The position numbers and the translations under genes were made by a program. Below the pieces are notes generated by a model that saw only the letters and a program-made list of their open reading frames with translations, had not been told where the DNA came from and searched no databases. From NCBI GenBank assembly GCA_026770705.1, contig JANJGN010000021.1:99138001-99202000 (forward strand): 64,000 nt of DNA, given 5' to 3'. Origin of the DNA: Isurus oxyrinchus (lineage: Eukaryota). The number at the start of each line of letters is the position of its first letter. Positions within the stretch are counted from its first letter, which is position 1. Positions 59,541 to 64,000 of this stretch are shown here, one piece after another.

Positions 59541-62299
59541 TAACACTTGTGGAGAGCCGGCTACAGACCCTCGCTGCCTCTTTTTGGGAAAGTCTGCGGA
59601 AGCACAATCCGAGTGGTGAGGCCACTGGCCACTGGCCAATCAGAGGCCAGCAGCTCTGGTACTCAGCAGCGCCCCAGGGAGGCAGTGGCAGCTGCAGGAA
59701 AATCACCTCCTGGAGATCCAGCCTTGTAGAGCGGCCCAGGTTACAGGCAGTTTGTGTGCCGGAGTCGGATCAGTGGTGCTGTTCAGGGTGTTGGGGCCAT
59801 GGGGTGAGGGGTGTAGAGGGGTGGCTCTCAGCAGCCCCCACCCTCCTTCCTGATGTCCAGTGCCTTGATCAGGCACCGAGTGCCGTTGATTGAGGGAAGC
59901 AGCACCCCCTCCCCCCCAATCCAGAAGTGATAAGCCGGCTGCATGGTTTCAGCCGCTGTGCACAACGCATGGTGACAGGCCGGCTTGTAGCTGTGTCAGT
60001 ACCAGTGGACACGGGATGAGAGCCTTAAATGGTCATTACTGAACACTGAGGGGCCTTAAGTGGTCATTACTGAACACTGAGGGGCCTCAATAGGAAGTGA
60101 GGCAGGAAAGTCGGCCATAGCCTTCCAATCCAGAACTGAATTCCGGCAACAGATTTCAGCAATGTCATCATCCCACCTAATTCCAGAGCCTTCCCAGCTC
60201 CAAGCTCACCACTAGCGACAGCAGAACTTTCCGCCCATGAAATCTGTTTCTCTCCACAAATGACATGGGCCATGTGCTGGTAAATGGGATTAGGTAGGTA
60301 GGTCAGGTGTTTCTCACGTGTTGGTGCAGACTCGATGGGCCGAAGGGCCTCTTCTGCACTGTGATTCTGTGATTCTGTGAAATGCTGTCTGACCTGTTGA
60401 GTATTTCCAGCATTTTCTGTTTTTATTAATATTCTTAAGTTCCTTCACTGTCGCTGGGTCAAAATCCTGGAACTCCCTCCCTAACAGCCCTGTGGGTGTA
60501 GCTACACCACATGGACTGCAGCGGTTCAAGAAGGCAGCTCACAACCACCTTCTCAAGGGCAATTAGGGAAGGGCAATAAATGTTGGCCCAGCCAGCGATA
60601 CCCACAACCCCATGAATGAATTTAAATAACGACCATTCTGTGTGGGTTGTATGAGTGCTCACTTAGCATCTCAACCAAGCCCCTGCCCCCATGTGTAAAT
60701 CCTGCTTTAGGTCCCTATTTGGCTGCACCCCTACTTTCAAAACCCTTTTACTATTTATATTCCCTATTGAACTCTTTGGGATTCCCTTTCTGTTAACTCC
60801 AATCGCTTCTCATATTTTCATTTTGCTGCTCTTTATTTTTTAATTTCCCTTCTGAACATGAACATTCTCTATTCAACTTGGTTCTCAATTTATTATCTTT
60901 CCGACATCTGTCACTATTTGGTGACCCATCGAACAGTTCAGATGGACGGTGAAAGTCCGGGTGTAAATGCAGCTAAGATGGGAATTGTTGGCACAGCTGG
61001 CAAAGGAGACCAAAAAGAGCTGATTCTGGGAGGAAGCGCTGTGAAGGTTCCTGAAAGGTGTGTTTTTTTTTGTGGGCATTGGACCAGTGAAACTCGCAGA
61101 GGTATAAAGCTGTAGTTGGATGTGACTCCGGAACTTATCCTGTATGAAAATGAAGATTAGAGTTAAAACCTGAGCAGAATGGTTCAGAGTCTGTTTGAGA
61201 GGGTGAAGGCTCTGAAACTAGCAGCAGAGAAAGCTTGGATAGTAGCCTGATGTTCAGCTTCAAAGAAAAGCAGAGGAAATTTCTAAACATGGAGGGTAAG
61301 AAGTGAGATGATCACTAATTTCTCCCAGGGATTTCCGTTCACAACAGCCACTATCCAGATCAGATGGATTTCCAGTAAGGATGTTGTCCTTGATAAGATT
61401 AACAAGACCGAACAAAGTGCAAAACCTTTGGAACCCTCATAGATGTTACCCAAACTTTACACCATTCTAAGCAGTGTTACAATCCCAGCTGATGTTAATA
61501 ATGGGCATGTCAGATCCCAGAGTGAAACATGGCTTGACCGATCCTAACGTTTTTTTCAGAAGCCTTGGAGGATAGTTACTGAACAAATTCACAGGAATCT
61601 GCTGATGAACTTATAATATAAAGAATGAAACATTTGAGAAAGATGAACAATATTACACCAGACAAAAAGGTTGGAAAGATCTCAATACAAACATAAGAAG
61701 ACAATTCAAATTCCCACTATTCCTTTACCCAGCAATATCATTACAGACATACAAACCAGTGAAGAGTTACCAGTAGCCCAACACAAAGGCTTCTCACTTG
61801 GGGCTGGTACAGTTGCAGATAATTATCTTCTGATGAATTCCTCAGCGTCCACTTGCTGTTTCTCACCAAACTCATATCTCTCGCCAAGACACCCAAAAAC
61901 TATACACTCACTCTTTCTTAAACTGCAGAACAAACAAATAAGTTCCTTAATCTCAGGCTTCCAGTACACCTCTACTAAATTGATTTCCTCTCTGAGTCCT
62001 CCAATCGATTATTCAGTTAACTACTGCCCCGATAGCCTTGTAGTTTTTTCTTCTCCGAGAGCTTAAAAATTTCTGTCTTCTGTCTCTGACACACATGCTG
62101 AATACCACAGTTGACAGATGCAACCAAAACAGATTCCATGGATTTCTCAACAATCCACCCAAACTGACGTTTGTCATATTGTGAGCCAACTAATCTCACT
62201 GAAACTTTGTCTTTCTCATTAAGGTTTCCAGTCTCAGGATTTGAAGATCACGTCTCTCACTGTGAATGCGGAAAACTTGGTCAAAACTGATTGGAACAA

Positions 62300-63420
62300 T
62301 TGTTGCCCAGCTGATCTAGTGCATGCATATTGTGGGATTCCGAACAACCTGTCAAACTTTCACATGCAACGCGAATGTCTTACAGCATTGCGAGGACTTA
62401 AGACCAACCCAGACATACACATTGGTAAACCTGACAAAGGGACAGGAATAGTCATCCTTAACAAGTGTGACTATATCAACAGGATACACCCCATTCTTAA
62501 TGACAGGTCCAAATTCGTATCCATTGGACCTGCCGCTCAACATGACTGGACAGCCCTGCTCGAAAGTAAGCTAAAAAGAAAATGCCTGCTGGACTTGTGT
62601 AAGAGTGATGAGCTGCCAGGTGATATATATTACAGAGCTTATCCTCACGGTTCGCTGTGTCCACGTATGTATGGGGTGCCTAAGACACACAAAGGTGATG
62701 TCCCCCTACACACTATCTTATCTATGACTGGCTCCACACAACATGAATTGGCCAAATGGTTTGGTGAATTGTTACAATCAGTTTCGACCAGGTTTTCACA
62801 TACATGGTGAGGGACTCCTTTGCATTTGCGAAGGCCATACAGGGCTTGTGTATTGATAGCAATGCTGTGCCCATGTGTTCATTGGACATTGCTAGTCTAT
62901 TCACCAATGTTCCACTTAAGGAAGCCAGAGATATTTGCGATCTAGAACCACCACCATTGCATATTTCTGATGTGTAGCTGCTACATTTGCTTATTTAAAT
63001 CGGCAGCTCCATGTAACAATTTCCTTACATGTCTTAATGGACTCCATCCTGTTCTCAAGCTCACGTTTGAAATGGAACAGTCAAATGAACTCCCCTTTCT
63101 TGACATACTAGTTGAGAAATCTGTTGGGGGGGGCGGGTCTATACCAAGGTAGACTCATTCCTCAGGGGAATGCCTTGACCAATCAGTTTCAAGCTGCCTG
63201 GTTTAAATTTCAAACAATGCTTGGCAGTTAACTGTCAGTCGCCATCAGTGGTGCATTCTCCATGGTAATGCCACTTGTCAAAAAATCAGCACTCTCTTCA
63301 CATAATGTATAAATTGTTGTTTTCCCCCTTATCTCTGTATTCTTGCAAGTGTCCCGATGAGTGCAAGACAAAAAGCTTTGACATGTGTCTTTTTTCACTA
63401 AATCTCAAGCTCTGTGCTCC
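62300..63420 (+). mobile_element. Second, divergent Penelope-like family (RT remnant)
   Basis: NPDIHIGKPDKGTGIVIL; PRMYGVPKTHK; SLDIASLFTNVP; EMEQSNELPFLDILV. Confidence 0.8.
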
Positions 63421-63436
63421 CAAACAATTATTTGAA

Positions 63437-64000
63437 GGTCATTGATGAAGCAGAGGAAGATGGTTGGGCCTAGGACATTGCCCTGAGGAACTCCTGCCGT
63501 GATGTCCTGAGGCTGAGATGACTGACCTCAAACTACCACCACCATCTTCCTTTGTGCTAAGTATAACTCCAACCATTGGAAACTTTTCCCCCTGATTACC
63601 ATGGACTCCAGTTCTGCTAGGGCTCCTTGATTCCACACTCGGTCTAATGCTCCCTTGATGCTAATGGTAGAGTGGGGGATATGCTGGGCCATGACGTTAC
63701 AGATTGTGGTTGCTGCTGCTGATGGCCCACAGCATCTCCTGGGTGCCCTGATTTGAGTTGCTAGATCTGTTTTAAATCTATCCCTTTTAGCACAGTGGTA
63801 GTATCACACAACACGATGGAGAGTATCCTCAGTGTGAAGACGGGACTTCAGCTCCACAGTGACTGTGCGGTGGTCACTCCTAGCGATACTGTCCTGGACA
63901 GATGCATCTGTAGCAGGCAGGTTGCTGAAGACAAGGTCAAGTAGGTTTTTCCCTCTTGTTGGTTCTGTCACCACCTGTCACAGAACTGGTCCAGCAGCTA
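63437..64000 (-). mobile_element. LINE fragment, same family as 1-610
   Basis: GVPQGNVLGP-like motif near 63470-63495; 63900-64000 matches 1-95. Confidence 0.75.

Noticed and set aside
56738-64000. Leader/alpha1 exons of gene C
   Set aside because: No alpha1-like sequence recognised; presumably beyond the window

Overview
Repeat-rich vertebrate genomic DNA, most likely from a shark (inferred from the repeat families and the MHC protein type). The window holds three paralogous non-classical MHC class I heavy-chain genes arranged <-A, B->, <-C. Gene B (+) looks intact: leader 15749-15800, alpha1 16645-16905, alpha2 41798-42070, alpha3 42184-42462, TM 44037-44153, cytoplasmic exon 44830-44862, last exon uncertain. 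Gene A (-) has only its leader and alpha1 in the window, sits head-to-head with B, and has a stop in alpha1. Gene C (-) runs from alpha2 to the cytoplasmic exon and is broken by a lost splice donor and a microhomology-bounded deletion in alpha3. B and C both lack the canonical alpha2 Cys101-Cys164 disulfide; B also lacks most N-terminal peptide anchors. The rest is mostly transposon DNA: Penelope-like elements carrying minimal hammerhead ribozymes (mostly with a variant CUGUYGA core, and one 100-bp insert that starts at the predicted cleavage site), a full-length two-gene Harbinger element plus MITEs, CR1/L2-type LINEs, SINEs, Gypsy/LTR remnants, minisatellites, and an assembly gap at 42467-42845. 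All alignments and counts were done by eye, and repeat boundaries are approximate.
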